A stretch of DNA of 64,000 bases. It comes from an uncultured Pseudobdellovibrionaceae bacterium. GTDB lineage: Bacteria; Bdellovibrionota; Bdellovibrionia; Bdellovibrionales; UBA1609. The notes below the pieces were generated by a model. It did not search any database. It had not been told where the DNA came from and was given only the letters and a program-made list of their open reading frames with translations. Location of the stretch: contig CAYVRZ010000001.1 of NCBI GenBank assembly GCA_964453895.1, positions 124,170 to 188,169 of the forward strand, in the 5' to 3' direction. The translations under genes and the position numbers were made by a program. Position 1 is the first letter of the stretch. Each line of letters begins with the position of its first letter. Positions 27,145 through 36,921 of this stretch are shown one piece after another.

Positions 27145-27164
27145 CGGCGCAACTTAGCAATGAT

Positions 27165-27668
27165 TTACAAGGAATGAAAGTGGTGGTCTGGAGAAAGGCT
27201 TGTGCCACACGGCCGGGTTTTAAAATCGGGATCCGTGAGGGTAAAGCTCTCAACCACATCGGCGTGGGGTGTATCCCAATACTCCGCATGCGTAACTTGA
27301 ACCCGAATTAAAACCAAATCGGGATCCGCAGCGCCGCCGCTGAACCATTGATCAAAGTGTGGGGTCCACATTTTCTGCATTAGCAATTGATCTTCGACGA
27401 TATGGGCCTGACCGCTCATCGAAATAAATCGATTGGTCCGCGGATCCATAAAGGCGATATTCACCGAATTGTCTTCGGCAATCGCATCGACCTTACCGCT
27501 CGAGCGATGGGTAAAAAACCACAGGGTGCCGTCAAATGGAGTGTCTTGCACGAGCATGGGCCGGCTGTTGACCGCGCCATCGGGATTAATGGTTGTGAAC
27601 ATAACATTATCGATGCCTTGGATCAGTTCGTTGAGGCGGTGAATTTGTTGTGTTTGCTGGGTGTGCAT
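27165..27668 (-). CDS. Pyridoxamine 5'-phosphate oxidase-like FMN-binding protein (general stress protein 26 family)
   Basis: 167 aa; RPMLVQDTPFDGTLWFFTHRSSGKV...VNIAFMDP is typical of the Pyridox_oxidase split-barrel family. Confidence 0.7.
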   Translation of the reverse strand: MHTQQTQQIHRLNELIQGIDNVMFTTINPDGAVNSRPMLVQDTPFDGTLWFFTHRSSGKVDAIAEDNSVNIAFMDPRTNRFISMSGQAHIVEDQLLMQKMWTPHFDQWFSGGAADPDLVLIRVQVTHAEYWDTPHADVVESFTLTDPDFKTRPCGTSLSPDHHFHSL

Positions 27669-27793
27669 TGAACCTCCTGGGGTGAACCAACAGGATGTGC
27701 AAATCTCTTTCCAGCCCTTAGTTCAATTTTCACGCGGATAGGTCGCCGCATTTGGGTATTGTTTCCGCGACGCATACCAATTGCGCGACGCGG

Positions 27794-28117
27794 CTACTGG
27801 CAAAGTACGTAATCCACACGGGACCAATTGGGGTCGAGGCGATCGAAGCGGAACTCACAGAAGTAATTCACGTCTATGAACTGGCCGACATGAAACTGGA
27901 TCGAGCGGGTGCCCTCGCAGACAATCCCGATCTCTCGGGGTGTAGACTCCATCTCAGCGCATTCTCGCCAGCCCGAGGGGTCTCCATTGTCACCACGGGC
28001 AAACTCGTGCGACTTGGCATTGGCGTAACCAAACGGATTCTCTATAACTTCGGGCTTCAAAGTCGTGGCCGAGGCAGCGATGACCAGGATGGCCAATGTC
28101 AGCAAAGCGAGTCGCAT
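27794..28117 (-). CDS. Small secreted Cys-containing hypothetical protein
   Basis: 107 aa; signal peptide MRLALLTLAILVIAASA; 5 Cys. Confidence 0.4.
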   Translation of the reverse strand: MRLALLTLAILVIAASATTLKPEVIENPFGYANAKSHEFARGDNGDPSGWRECAEMESTPREIGIVCEGTRSIQFHVGQFIDVNYFCEFRFDRLDPNWSRVDYVLCQ

Positions 28118-28228
28118 GATGTCCTAACCGGGGGGAAACATTAGTGGTACCGAGGATTTTGCTCATTAAGCAAGTATTTGGGTTTGGCGTCGTGGAAACT
28201 TTGCGGTATCAAACCTAGTTCACGATCC

Positions 28229-28319
28229 GGAGAGGTGGCCGAGTGGCCGAAGGCGCTCGATTCGAAATCGAGTAAACTGCAAAACAGTTTCGTGAGTTCG
28301 AATCTCACCCTCTCCGCCA
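28229..28319 (+). tRNA. tRNA-Ser (anticodon CGA), long variable arm
   Basis: GGAGAGG acceptor identical to the other tRNA-Ser; anticodon stem CTCGA/TCGAG, loop TTCGAAA; extra arm; TTCGAATCT T-loop; CCA encoded. Confidence 0.9.
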
Positions 28320-28321
28320 GA

Positions 28322-28399
28322 GCCATTCAGATATCCGATATCTTGATATCGGATATCTGATATCGGTTCAGAATCCAGAATCAGATAAGCAGAATCAAC
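28322..28399. repeat. GATATC-rich palindrome plus (cagaatc)x3 direct repeats 3' of tRNA-Ser(CGA); paralogue of 17034-17078
   Basis: gccattcagatatccgatatc-tt-gatatcggatatctg (15-bp perfect inverted arms) followed by tcagaatccagaatcagataagcagaatc. Confidence 0.6.
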
Positions 28400-28406
28400 G
28401 ATACGA

Positions 28407-28811
28407 TCAGGCCCCATTCGCGGGCTTCATTATTTTTAAGCCCACAAACATGCCCGCTGCAATCGCAATGAAGAGCAGTGATGGTGGTCCAAATGAGTTG
28501 CGCCAAAGAGATAAGATAAGGCTTGAAACACCAGTACTGAAAAAATATATCCCGCCGCATAAAAAGAAATGCCAAGCAATGCGAATTGGTCGTTGATCCT
28601 TTCGCGCAGCTTGAATTGCAAACACGAAGAATGTGCCGAAGAACATAAAAAAGGGCATTAGCATAACATCAGACCACTTTAGGGGCGGAACGCTCGTCTC
28701 AGCAGAAGTAAGAGACACAGGCCCTCCAACTGCGCCCATCACGGCAACTAGGCCGTAAAGGAATCGTTTTGTTAATAACGGCTTGATCTTAGCTAATAAG
28801 GTCTGGCTCAC
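28407..28811 (-). CDS. Hypothetical membrane protein (4 TM)
   Basis: 134 aa, hydrophobic helices, no motif. Confidence 0.4.
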   Translation of the reverse strand: MSQTLLAKIKPLLTKRFLYGLVAVMGAVGGPVSLTSAETSVPPLKWSDVMLMPFFMFFGTFFVFAIQAARKDQRPIRIAWHFFLCGGIYFFSTGVSSLILSLWRNSFGPPSLLFIAIAAGMFVGLKIMKPANGA

Positions 28812-29004
28812 AATGCAATGAGATTAACAATTCATAGTTACGGATGCACGAGAATCATTAATTCTAAATCAGGTGTCTGGGCTGGAGAGTCCTTCACCAG
28901 TTTACCCCTGGACAAAATTCATCTTTCCCCAAAAATCGCGTTCTGTTGACCGACAGTCGAACGCCCCCTTACCTTGGTCGGAAGTTTCAACAAAGGGGAG
29001 ATCA

Positions 29005-29394
29005 ATGAAACGTATTTTTGCAATCTTAAGCATTCTATCGGTTTTTGCTTCGTTCGGGGCCAGCGCTTCGACGACTATTCTTTCGTGCAACAACGGGAAT
29101 ATTGATGAAGTGGGTGATGGCTATTTTCAAATCGACATCTTGGAAGATGGGATTACATTTTTGCCATATGAAGGCCAGTTTACCATCGAGGCCTCGGGAT
29201 CTACACACACCGAAGGTACGTTCTCGATTGTGAACCAGACTGTGACCGAATCTGTAGAAGGCGAAGAGCAGGAGGTGGTCGTAAACGCCCTTCTGATTTT
29301 AGATGAGAAAGAGAAAACTCTAAACGTGGCTTTTAGCCGCGATCGTGGTCCTTTTCAAAACTACGAGATGACCTGCGTTTCTCAGCAAAACTAA
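29005..29394 (+). CDS. Hypothetical secreted protein
   Basis: ATG at 29005 after AAAGGGGAG; signal peptide MKRIFAILSILSVFASFGASA. Confidence 0.5.
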   Translation: MKRIFAILSILSVFASFGASASTTILSCNNGNIDEVGDGYFQIDILEDGITFLPYEGQFTIEASGSTHTEGTFSIVNQTVTESVEGEEQEVVVNALLILDEKEKTLNVAFSRDRGPFQNYEMTCVSQQN

Positions 29395-29395
29395 G

Positions 29396-30289
29396 TCAGA
29401 TCGAATAATCGATCGACAACACAAAGCCAGGCAGAGTCCCGCTCTCAATTTGCAGCGGGGTGGGCGGCATTTTTATCGAGCCCTTCATGCGAATCACGCG
29501 GTACTCGAGCTGTACGCCTAACTTTTGTGTGATCGCATAACCGGCGCCGATTTGATAGCCGGGTTGGCCAGTGAGATCGACTGCGGAATTTTGGCTCATG
29601 ATGTACGGGTAGTTCAATCCGCCGTACACGTGTATCGCCGAGTCCACCGCATAAATTGCGTTGGCTTGCGCGGTGAACATGCTCATGGAGTAGCCGCCCT
29701 CATAATCGCCAGTTAAAGTTTGCGAGCCGGCCGTGCCCGAAAGACTTTTTGCTTGCCGAGCAAATTCGTAACCGAGTTGAGCGGCGTAGCCAAAACCTTG
29801 GGCGGGGCGGTGCCGGTACCCGCCCGCAACTCCAAACGCGCCGCTGTTGCTTTCGCTCGCGGTGTAGGATTGGCTTTGGCCTTGAATATTGGCATTGCCA
29901 GAGTACGAAGCCTCATTGGTCAGGCTATAAAAAGCCGAAAAATAAAAATTTGAATCCTTGCTTAAAGTTTTAGTCGGCTTTGTTTTTGTGCGCGTTTCGG
30001 CCTTGACCACCGGCACGCTTATGGCGCTCGAGTCATTGGATGCGAGGATTCGCCCTTTTCGGACCTGTTTTAATCGCGGGGCAGGTCGCGGTGGCGGAGG
30101 TGCCGGGACCTCCCGGATCACCGTCGGTCTTGAGAACTCTTTTGGCGCAGGGATCTCGACCGTGTCGGGTGCCGAGATGCGTGGGAGAACGATCGGTTTA
30201 TCCTGTGGCCCGCGTGGGACCGAGGACGGCCATTCGGACATTTGCGCGTGAGCGCTACCTGCGAGAAAAAATAAAATAATAAATTTCAT
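29396..30289 (-). CDS. Outer-membrane beta-barrel protein with Pro-rich periplasmic linker
   Basis: Signal peptide MKFIILFFLAGSAHA; Pro-rich segment (PAPPPPRPAP); C-terminal alternating aromatic/Gly strands (GVAGGYRHR..GFGYAAQLGYEF..) typical of OMP beta-barrels. Confidence 0.45.
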   Translation of the reverse strand: MKFIILFFLAGSAHAQMSEWPSSVPRGPQDKPIVLPRISAPDTVEIPAPKEFSRPTVIREVPAPPPPRPAPRLKQVRKGRILASNDSSAISVPVVKAETRTKTKPTKTLSKDSNFYFSAFYSLTNEASYSGNANIQGQSQSYTASESNSGAFGVAGGYRHRPAQGFGYAAQLGYEFARQAKSLSGTAGSQTLTGDYEGGYSMSMFTAQANAIYAVDSAIHVYGGLNYPYIMSQNSAVDLTGQPGYQIGAGYAITQKLGVQLEYRVIRMKGSIKMPPTPLQIESGTLPGFVLSIDYSI

Positions 30290-30303
30290 GGTCTTGCCTT
30301 CCC

Positions 30304-31221
30304 TTACCATTCCAAATAAACGACGCCACTGGCGCCGCGGTTTCCAACTGCGCTTTTGCCACCGCTGTTGTCGCCGCCACCACCGCCGCCCGCGCCGTAT
30401 CCGGTGCCGCCGTTTAAGACTGGGCCCATCGATTTAATCGTGGAATTGTTTAGAACAAGTCCGCCGCCACCGCCTCCGCCGTCCTCTACGCCGCCCGCGC
30501 CGCCGGCTCCTGCGGAAAAAGGGACTTGCGTAATAAAGGCGGTGAGCGAATCCCAATTTTGCCCTTGGCCGCCGTCGGCCTCGTTCGAGTCTTCACCATC
30601 ATTGCCGCCACTTCCACCCGCGCCTGAGCGGTGGTTGGAGAAAAGGCAAAAGCATCCGCCGGCACCGCCGCCCGATCCGCCTCCGCTTCCACCTTCCATG
30701 GAGTTTTCGCCGTTCCGGCCGGGGGCTCCGCCACGGGCGGTGAGGGCCGAGCCAAAGGAGCTGTCCGCACCAGCTTGCGCGTTCACAGCCGCCGATGCGG
30801 CGGCCCCGCCAGAGCCGACCGTGACCAATATGATTTGTCCGGGGGTGACATTGACCATCGCCGTTTTAACAGCGCCTCCGGCACCGCCGCCACCTCCGAA
30901 GAAATCAAAAAAATCGGTGTAGCCGTATCCGCCGCCGCCACCTCCGCCAACAGCCACAACTTTAAGTCGCGTCACTCCCGCGGGGACGGTAAACATTCCG
31001 GATTGAGTGAAGGCGCGATTGGCGGCGGCTCCCACTGGCGCGGGTGCGGGCATGGGGGCTGGTGAGGGATTGGGTCCCGGGCCCACACTGGAATTGTCGG
31101 CGCTAAGTGCTGCGCCAGCGTAGATCTTGCCCTTAGCGCCTGTGGCGTCGGCACAGTTTACGACGGACGTTAAGACGAAGACTAAAAATAGAGATCCAAC
31201 AATGGCATGAACCAGACGCAC
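30304..31221 (-). CDS. Secreted glycine-rich protein (poly-Gly tracts; Gly_rich-like)
   Basis: Signal peptide; FTVPAGVTRLKVVAVGGGGGGG then multiple GGGGxGG tracts; ends ...VYLEW. Confidence 0.5.
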   Translation of the reverse strand: MRLVHAIVGSLFLVFVLTSVVNCADATGAKGKIYAGAALSADNSSVGPGPNPSPAPMPAPAPVGAAANRAFTQSGMFTVPAGVTRLKVVAVGGGGGGGYGYTDFFDFFGGGGGAGGAVKTAMVNVTPGQIILVTVGSGGAAASAAVNAQAGADSSFGSALTARGGAPGRNGENSMEGGSGGGSGGGAGGCFCLFSNHRSGAGGSGGNDGEDSNEADGGQGQNWDSLTAFITQVPFSAGAGGAGGVEDGGGGGGGLVLNNSTIKSMGPVLNGGTGYGAGGGGGGDNSGGKSAVGNRGASGVVYLEW

Positions 31222-31316
31222 AAAAACCCCCTGGGCTACAAACCCAGGATCGCCTGTGCGGCGAGAAAAAGTGCCTGAAGAATTTGATATATAGCTGTCT
31301 CAAAATGAAACGCAGA

Positions 31317-32684
31317 TTATTGCTGCGTAGGAGGCTCCGACCCGTTCACACCGAGCTTTTTCAACAAGTCTTTGCCCTTGGTCGACTGCGCCAAGGCTTC
31401 AAGCATCCCGGCTACGCTCGTCCCACCCTTAGAGCTGAACAGGTCCATTACAGAATCCATACCAGCTACGGGATTGCCAGCATTTGTGATAATTTTCACG
31501 TCAGCGGCTTTAAGGGCTTGCGATTGTTCAATGCCAATTTTCTCATTGGCTTCGACTTGCCGAATGGTGACTAGATATTCTTGATACCCTTTATTGTCTC
31601 CGATCTCTTGCGCCAAGGCGATTTGCGCCTGAACGGGAGCGAGTTCCATAAGCTTTTTGGCTTCAGCCTGAGCGGCACCGGTGACGGCGATCCCCTCAGC
31701 GTGACGTTTTTGCTCTTCAAGTTTGCCTTCGGCAATCAGTACGGTCTGCTGTCTTTCACCCTCAGCTCGAATCACGGCGGTTTCTTTTTGTTGCTGAGCC
31801 TGTACCACGGTTACTTCTTTTGTGATTTCAGCCTGCTTCACCTCAGCCACTTTGACCACCGCCATTTCTTTCTCTTTGGTGGTGCGCTGCTGTTCGGTAA
31901 TTTCTTGCTGAGCCAACTCGGTGGCAATGCCTACGGCCTTTTCTTTTTCGGCGGTCCGGCGACCCACCGTTTCGAGTGCTTGTTGGTTTTGCATGTCGAT
32001 TTCTCGCTTAGCTTCGATCTCTGCAATTTGAGCTTTGCGCATATTTTCTGCAACTACGGTTCGGGATTCCATCTCAATGGCCGACTTCTTTTTTGACATG
32101 ATGTTTTGGATGACATGAGAATCCTTCGCATCGCGAATGTCCATAAGTTCGATGTTCTTTACCGTGTTCACTCCCCAGTTCGAGAGTTGCTCTGAAACCT
32201 CTCGAGTAAACTGTTCCCCATAAACCGAACGGCCCTGCATGATGGATTCAATGTCGGATGAAGCCAAGATCGTTCGCACGGCCCCCTGAACGATGGCATG
32301 CAATTGGTCCTTTAGCTCTTGAAAAGAAGCGACTCTTTGAGCGGCCACATTTGAGTCTGTAATTCTAAAAAAGGATTTAACATCGACAACAAAAGGCAGT
32401 CGGCCTTTGTCATAGGCTTCGTAGGCATGCAGATCCAGATCAAACACAGAGACCGGCAGCATGATTTTTGAAACACCGAAAATCGGCAACCAAGAGGGCC
32501 ACTCATAATACGAATTGCCGTGTTCTGTGTCTTTGCCATAGGACTTCGTAAGTTTGGCCGACTGAACGATATGGACTTCGTTCGTAGCTACGACACGCCT
32601 AAGCGATAGAACCCAATGAACGAATTTAACGGATAGACCAACAAGTAAACCACCAACAACTAACGCGACAATATATGCTTCCAT
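31317..32684 (-). CDS. Flotillin-like SPFH/band-7 protein
   Basis: N-terminal TM; SPFH domain; long Glu/Ala/Gln-rich coiled coil (AEIEAKREIDMQ...AEGERQQTVLIAEG) typical of flotillin/YqiK. Confidence 0.8.
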   Translation of the reverse strand: MEAYIVALVVGGLLVGLSVKFVHWVLSLRRVVATNEVHIVQSAKLTKSYGKDTEHGNSYYEWPSWLPIFGVSKIMLPVSVFDLDLHAYEAYDKGRLPFVVDVKSFFRITDSNVAAQRVASFQELKDQLHAIVQGAVRTILASSDIESIMQGRSVYGEQFTREVSEQLSNWGVNTVKNIELMDIRDAKDSHVIQNIMSKKKSAIEMESRTVVAENMRKAQIAEIEAKREIDMQNQQALETVGRRTAEKEKAVGIATELAQQEITEQQRTTKEKEMAVVKVAEVKQAEITKEVTVVQAQQQKETAVIRAEGERQQTVLIAEGKLEEQKRHAEGIAVTGAAQAEAKKLMELAPVQAQIALAQEIGDNKGYQEYLVTIRQVEANEKIGIEQSQALKAADVKIITNAGNPVAGMDSVMDLFSSKGGTSVAGMLEALAQSTKGKDLLKKLGVNGSEPPTQQ

Positions 32685-32768
32685 GGACGTAGCGTAAACG
32701 AGCCGCTACGGTTTGCAATAGTTGGTCGCAACTATAAGGTCGTTTACGCAATATGCCGCGGAAGTTGG

Positions 32769-34961
32769 TTACTGCCTTAACAACGCCAAAATCCGGTTCA
32801 GCATATCGAGGCGCTTGTTTCGGATGACCAAGTCGGTGCGAAGTTCCTGAATCTGGCGCTCGAGAAGCTGCCGAACCATCTGATCTGTGGCCTTGCCTAA
32901 ACGCTCTTCAAGGTCTGGGATTCGCAACAATAGACGGTCAACGTCGCGTTTAAAAACGACCTGCTGACCTTCGTTGAGCTGCAAAGCGGTTTTGCGCTCA
33001 ATATTTTTCAGGTCGCGCTTTGCACCGGCTTCGAGCAACAGCCGCACTTCAACCTCGGTGTCGGCCACATGTAGCGGCGAATTCATTTGCTGGTCCAAAG
33101 CATTCACCTTGGCACCCCGCTCGAGCAGAAGTTTGACCAATTCAGGATAATAGGTGAAGTCCACATCAATCCTCCAAGCCACATAGCCAACGGCCAAGTG
33201 CAAAAGGCTTTTGCCTTCGTCATCGCTCACATTCACGTCCGCACCCAGTTCGATCAGGCGCTGAACGATCGGAGCGTACTGACGTCCACCGGCCTTAACG
33301 TAGCCCTGAACCTGAAGCAGCAAAGGAGTGGTGTTTAACGATGACGCTTGATTTACGTTCGCTCCATTGCGGGTGAGCAGGTTGATTGCCGCAACACTCG
33401 AGGCAAAGAACACGGGGTTGCGATTGAGCGAGTCGAGAGCATTCGCTTTGAGACCTTGCGTAATCAAAGTCTCTGCAAGAGCGACGTTGTCCTTTTCAAT
33501 GGCGATGTGCAAAAGGGTTGAGCGATTGATCGGATGCTGCCAGCTTAGGTCGGCGCCGGCGGCGATCAACTCGTTGGCCACATCGGTTTTATTGCTGTGA
33601 ATGAAGTGAGCGACTGGAGTTTTGCCCTCTTCATCTTTAACGTTTAAATTGGCACCCGCGGCTCGTAGCGCGCGAATGTCATTTTGGGTCTGCGCGTGAA
33701 AAAGAGCTGTTTGGCCTTTGCTGCCTTTTAAATCCACGTTGGATCGGGGGATTAAAACGCCAACCTTACCCGCATCTTTTGCCACCAGAGCCAACATTAA
33801 AGGCGTCAGGTTTTCGCTATTCACAACATTCGCATTCACGCCATGCTCTAAAAGAGCCTTCACCTGCGCGGCCGAGGCTCGCTCAACGGCCAAGTGCAGC
33901 GGCGTATCTTTGCGTGAGTCGGGCTGATTCAAGTTGGCTGTTTTAGGAATCAGCAGAGTGATCAGTTCGTCAAAGCCGGCGCGCAAAGCCGCGTGAAGAG
34001 GCAATTCGCGATCGGACGCGAGATTCGCATCAGCGCCCTTATCAAGGAGCGCGCGAACCGTTGCCGAGACGTTCATGCGTGTAGCCAACAAGAGCGCCGT
34101 TTCGCGGTCTCTGTTTCGAGCGTTCAGCACCTCGACGCTAAATTGGTCGATAATCGCCTTCGAAAGCTTTTCCATTTTCTCGAGGGCAGAGTTGTGCAAG
34201 GCCGTGTTGCCCGAAAGATCGGGCGCCGCCGGATCAACCCCTTTTGCCAAGAGCGTTAATGCGATCGGTTCCATATCGCCTTTAATGGCGTACTGAAGTG
34301 TAGTTACGCCTTCACTCGTGCGCGCGTGGATGTTCGCGCCTTGACTGATTAAAAGCTCAACCAGTTTTTGCTCTTTGCGGCGAAGCAGATCCAATAGAGG
34401 AGTGTCGCTCCGCTGAAAGCGGGCCTCGAGATCAGCTTTTTTAGACTGAATCAAATAGGCGGCGGGATTGACATAATCTTTTAAAATCTCAGGCGAGAGC
34501 GCCACCCAAAGAGCCGTGCGGCCTGCAGAATCTTTAGCATTTACATCGGCGCCGGCTTCCACCAGGGCTTTAATCACTCCAATTCCTAGGTCCTTACTCT
34601 TAGAAAAAAACAATGCAGAATCGGTGAGTGCATAATGAATTGGGGGTACCAAATCCCGACCCCAGGTCGCGGCATTCACGGGCTCGTTGACCTTTGCGCC
34701 CAGCTGCAGCACCTTTTTTACGCACGGGGCATCGCCAAACTTGATCTGCCGAGCCAGCTCTTCTTGCCAGTCTGAGACAGCGAAGAAAGATTTAATGCAA
34801 GCATCTGAATGTATTGGAAATTTGAACTGATCTGGATTTGGCAAGCGGCCGTCCCCTGGCCCTGGGCCGGGCCCCGGGATAGGAGTGGATGACGACCCGC
34901 CGCCACCACCGGAACACGCAGAAAATGTAAAGGCGACAAAAATGGCAATCAGAATACGCAC
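32769..34961 (-). CDS. Ankyrin-repeat lipoprotein (730 aa, about 18-20 ANK repeats)
   Basis: MRILIAIFVAFTFSAC lipobox; Gly/Pro-rich linker; tandem 33-aa ANK units (G.TALH.A...G....V..LL..GA..N). Confidence 0.8.
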   Translation of the reverse strand: MRILIAIFVAFTFSACSGGGGGSSSTPIPGPGPGPGDGRLPNPDQFKFPIHSDACIKSFFAVSDWQEELARQIKFGDAPCVKKVLQLGAKVNEPVNAATWGRDLVPPIHYALTDSALFFSKSKDLGIGVIKALVEAGADVNAKDSAGRTALWVALSPEILKDYVNPAAYLIQSKKADLEARFQRSDTPLLDLLRRKEQKLVELLISQGANIHARTSEGVTTLQYAIKGDMEPIALTLLAKGVDPAAPDLSGNTALHNSALEKMEKLSKAIIDQFSVEVLNARNRDRETALLLATRMNVSATVRALLDKGADANLASDRELPLHAALRAGFDELITLLIPKTANLNQPDSRKDTPLHLAVERASAAQVKALLEHGVNANVVNSENLTPLMLALVAKDAGKVGVLIPRSNVDLKGSKGQTALFHAQTQNDIRALRAAGANLNVKDEEGKTPVAHFIHSNKTDVANELIAAGADLSWQHPINRSTLLHIAIEKDNVALAETLITQGLKANALDSLNRNPVFFASSVAAINLLTRNGANVNQASSLNTTPLLLQVQGYVKAGGRQYAPIVQRLIELGADVNVSDDEGKSLLHLAVGYVAWRIDVDFTYYPELVKLLLERGAKVNALDQQMNSPLHVADTEVEVRLLLEAGAKRDLKNIERKTALQLNEGQQVVFKRDVDRLLLRIPDLEERLGKATDQMVRQLLERQIQELRTDLVIRNKRLDMLNRILALLRQ

Positions 34962-35061
34962 GGCAAGCCTCCTAGAAAGAGCTATGGGAATTAAAGCCAG
35001 ACCCAGGAGACTCTTAGCAGGAAGAGTGCCAATAAAAAATCTAAGATTTTAGGCGCGGGCC

Positions 35062-36147
35062 TTACCGCGCGAGCGTATGGTCCTTCACCTTGCCGAGCAG
35101 GCGTTCGGTGCCTTTGACCTTGATCCCTTTGATCGCCTGAATGGTCTCGGCATAGGCCTTAAAGTGATTTTGTGTTTTTTGGCCGGCCAGTTCCATTAAC
35201 ATTTGATCGCGCGGCGGGAGTTGTACAAATCGAACACCTTCGGCGGCGAGTCGTGCGCGGTTTTCTTGCTCCAGTTTGACCGAAAGCTCGCGCTCTGCGC
35301 GGGCCAACTTGTGGAGTTCCGAAACCAAAGTGTGCCGAATCGGATCGGGCAAGGAATTTAGGAACGCCTCATTGGCCACCATCAGGGTTAAAAATAAACT
35401 GTGATCCGTGTCTATAACAGTGTTGATCCCTTGGCGCATTTCTGGCCGCATCTTTCGTAAAACGGCGAAGCGATTTAGCTCGCGCTCGATCACCATGCCC
35501 TCTTTCGCGCATTGGCGGTGCTTTTTGAAGTCGCAGCCTTTCATGCCGAGGTCACTAAAAAAGCGGCCTGCGGGGGTCCGGCTGCTCAACTCACCATTCG
35601 GAGCGGCGTCTGTAAACTGCACCATCATAGATCGTAAAGACTCCAGATTTCTCACCGGGTCGGTGGCGAACAATTTGCGAAAACCGCCGCTGTAAGTGAA
35701 TTCGATGCCGCGGACTTTGCTCTTTGATTGCGCCAGAAGCGAGTTCTTTAGATTGGCGCCGATTTTACCGTCAAAAACTTTTACCGAATGCGAGTAGCTT
35801 GAAAACAAGAAGGGGAGATCAAGCACCTGTAGGTTGGGTGCCACTTGCGCCAATCCGCGAATCGAGATCTGCGAAAGCTGATAGTCGCCGCGCGCCACGT
35901 CCTCATAAGCTTTGAGGTGAGCATCGGTAAATCCAGACCGAGGTGTAGGCACGATGCTGATGCGCAATTTGCCTTTGGTTTTACGTTCGATGGTGGTGGC
36001 GAAATCTTTAAGTAGATCGAGTACGGGCTCATTTTCGGCGTTGTGCGCGACAAGCCACTTTGCTTCGATCGGTGCCTTAGTGACCGCGACGGCCGGGTTG
36101 AGGGTAAAGGCCAATGTGAGCGCGGCGAGCATATTTAGTTTTTTCAT
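35062..36147 (-). CDS. Periplasmic solute-binding protein, TRAP (DctP)-like, orphan
   Basis: Signal peptide; N-terminal KWLVAHNAENEPVLDLLKDFATTIERKTKGKLRISIV resembles DctP-type receptors. No DctQM nearby. Confidence 0.35.
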   Translation of the reverse strand: MKKLNMLAALTLAFTLNPAVAVTKAPIEAKWLVAHNAENEPVLDLLKDFATTIERKTKGKLRISIVPTPRSGFTDAHLKAYEDVARGDYQLSQISIRGLAQVAPNLQVLDLPFLFSSYSHSVKVFDGKIGANLKNSLLAQSKSKVRGIEFTYSGGFRKLFATDPVRNLESLRSMMVQFTDAAPNGELSSRTPAGRFFSDLGMKGCDFKKHRQCAKEGMVIERELNRFAVLRKMRPEMRQGINTVIDTDHSLFLTLMVANEAFLNSLPDPIRHTLVSELHKLARAERELSVKLEQENRARLAAEGVRFVQLPPRDQMLMELAGQKTQNHFKAYAETIQAIKGIKVKGTERLLGKVKDHTLAR

Positions 36148-36232
36148 ATAATCTAATTTTTTTGGATTGCCCCGCGAAAGTCAAAAAGCGTGGGCCGAAC
36201 TCAAGGCTTAAGCCTGGTCTTGAGTCTGAGAT

Positions 36233-36871
36233 CTAGATGTTTACGGGAGCGTAGGTGCCGCTCTCATTGAGCTCTAAAAGCTCGCCCTTTTCGATATCGA
36301 AATAAAGGCCGATCAAAGCCATCCCGCGATCGCGAACGGCCTCTTCAACAAACGGAAACGTGCGCAAGTTCTCAATCGAGGTGCGAATGCTTTCGAGCTC
36401 GCAATTGCGCCACAATATATTGGGATCACCCGAACCGGTGAACTCGAGTGCTCTCTCTTTGGCGGCTTCTGCGACCTGCATCCACCGCTGAACAAAGCCG
36501 CCGGCCTTAGTTTCGTCGGGAAACATAAGGGCGCGAATCCCACCGCACTGGCGATGGCCAAGCACGATCACATTTTCAACCTTGATATTCACCACGGCAA
36601 ATTCTATGGCGGCACTCACCCCGTGACGACCTCCGCCGACCTCATACGGGGGCACCAGGTTGGCCACATTTCGAATGACAAACAAATCTCCAGGCCCCGC
36701 ACCGGATAAAATCGCCGGGTCGACCCGCGAATCCGAGCAGCCGATCACCAGCGTTTTTGGCGCTTGCCCCGCATTACTAAGTTTTTCGTACGTCGAATTT
36801 TCGCCCTGATAGAACTTTTCGCGAAACTGGCGAAAGCCAACCAGAAGCCGGAGGATATCCTTTTTAGCCAT
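36233..36871 (-). CDS. Beta-class carbonic anhydrase
   Basis: CSDSRVDP and VLGHRQCGG zinc-ligand motifs. Confidence 0.9.
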   Translation of the reverse strand: MAKKDILRLLVGFRQFREKFYQGENSTYEKLSNAGQAPKTLVIGCSDSRVDPAILSGAGPGDLFVIRNVANLVPPYEVGGGRHGVSAAIEFAVVNIKVENVIVLGHRQCGGIRALMFPDETKAGGFVQRWMQVAEAAKERALEFTGSGDPNILWRNCELESIRTSIENLRTFPFVEEAVRDRGMALIGLYFDIEKGELLELNESGTYAPVNI

Positions 36872-36921
36872 GCGCGTCTTATACCTGGACTTGGCGGGCA
36901 GGGCAAGCTAGTCACCCGTCC

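Noticed and set aside
30356-30922. 188-aa Pro-rich plus-strand ORF
   Set aside because: Antisense of the poly-Gly gene (GGN read on the opposite strand gives CCN, i.e. Pro). Classic shadow ORF.
35062-36147. Calling this a functional TRAP transporter locus
   Set aside because: Only a DctP-like binding protein is present. No DctQ or DctM membrane components are adjacent, so it is kept as an orphan SBP-like protein at low confidence.
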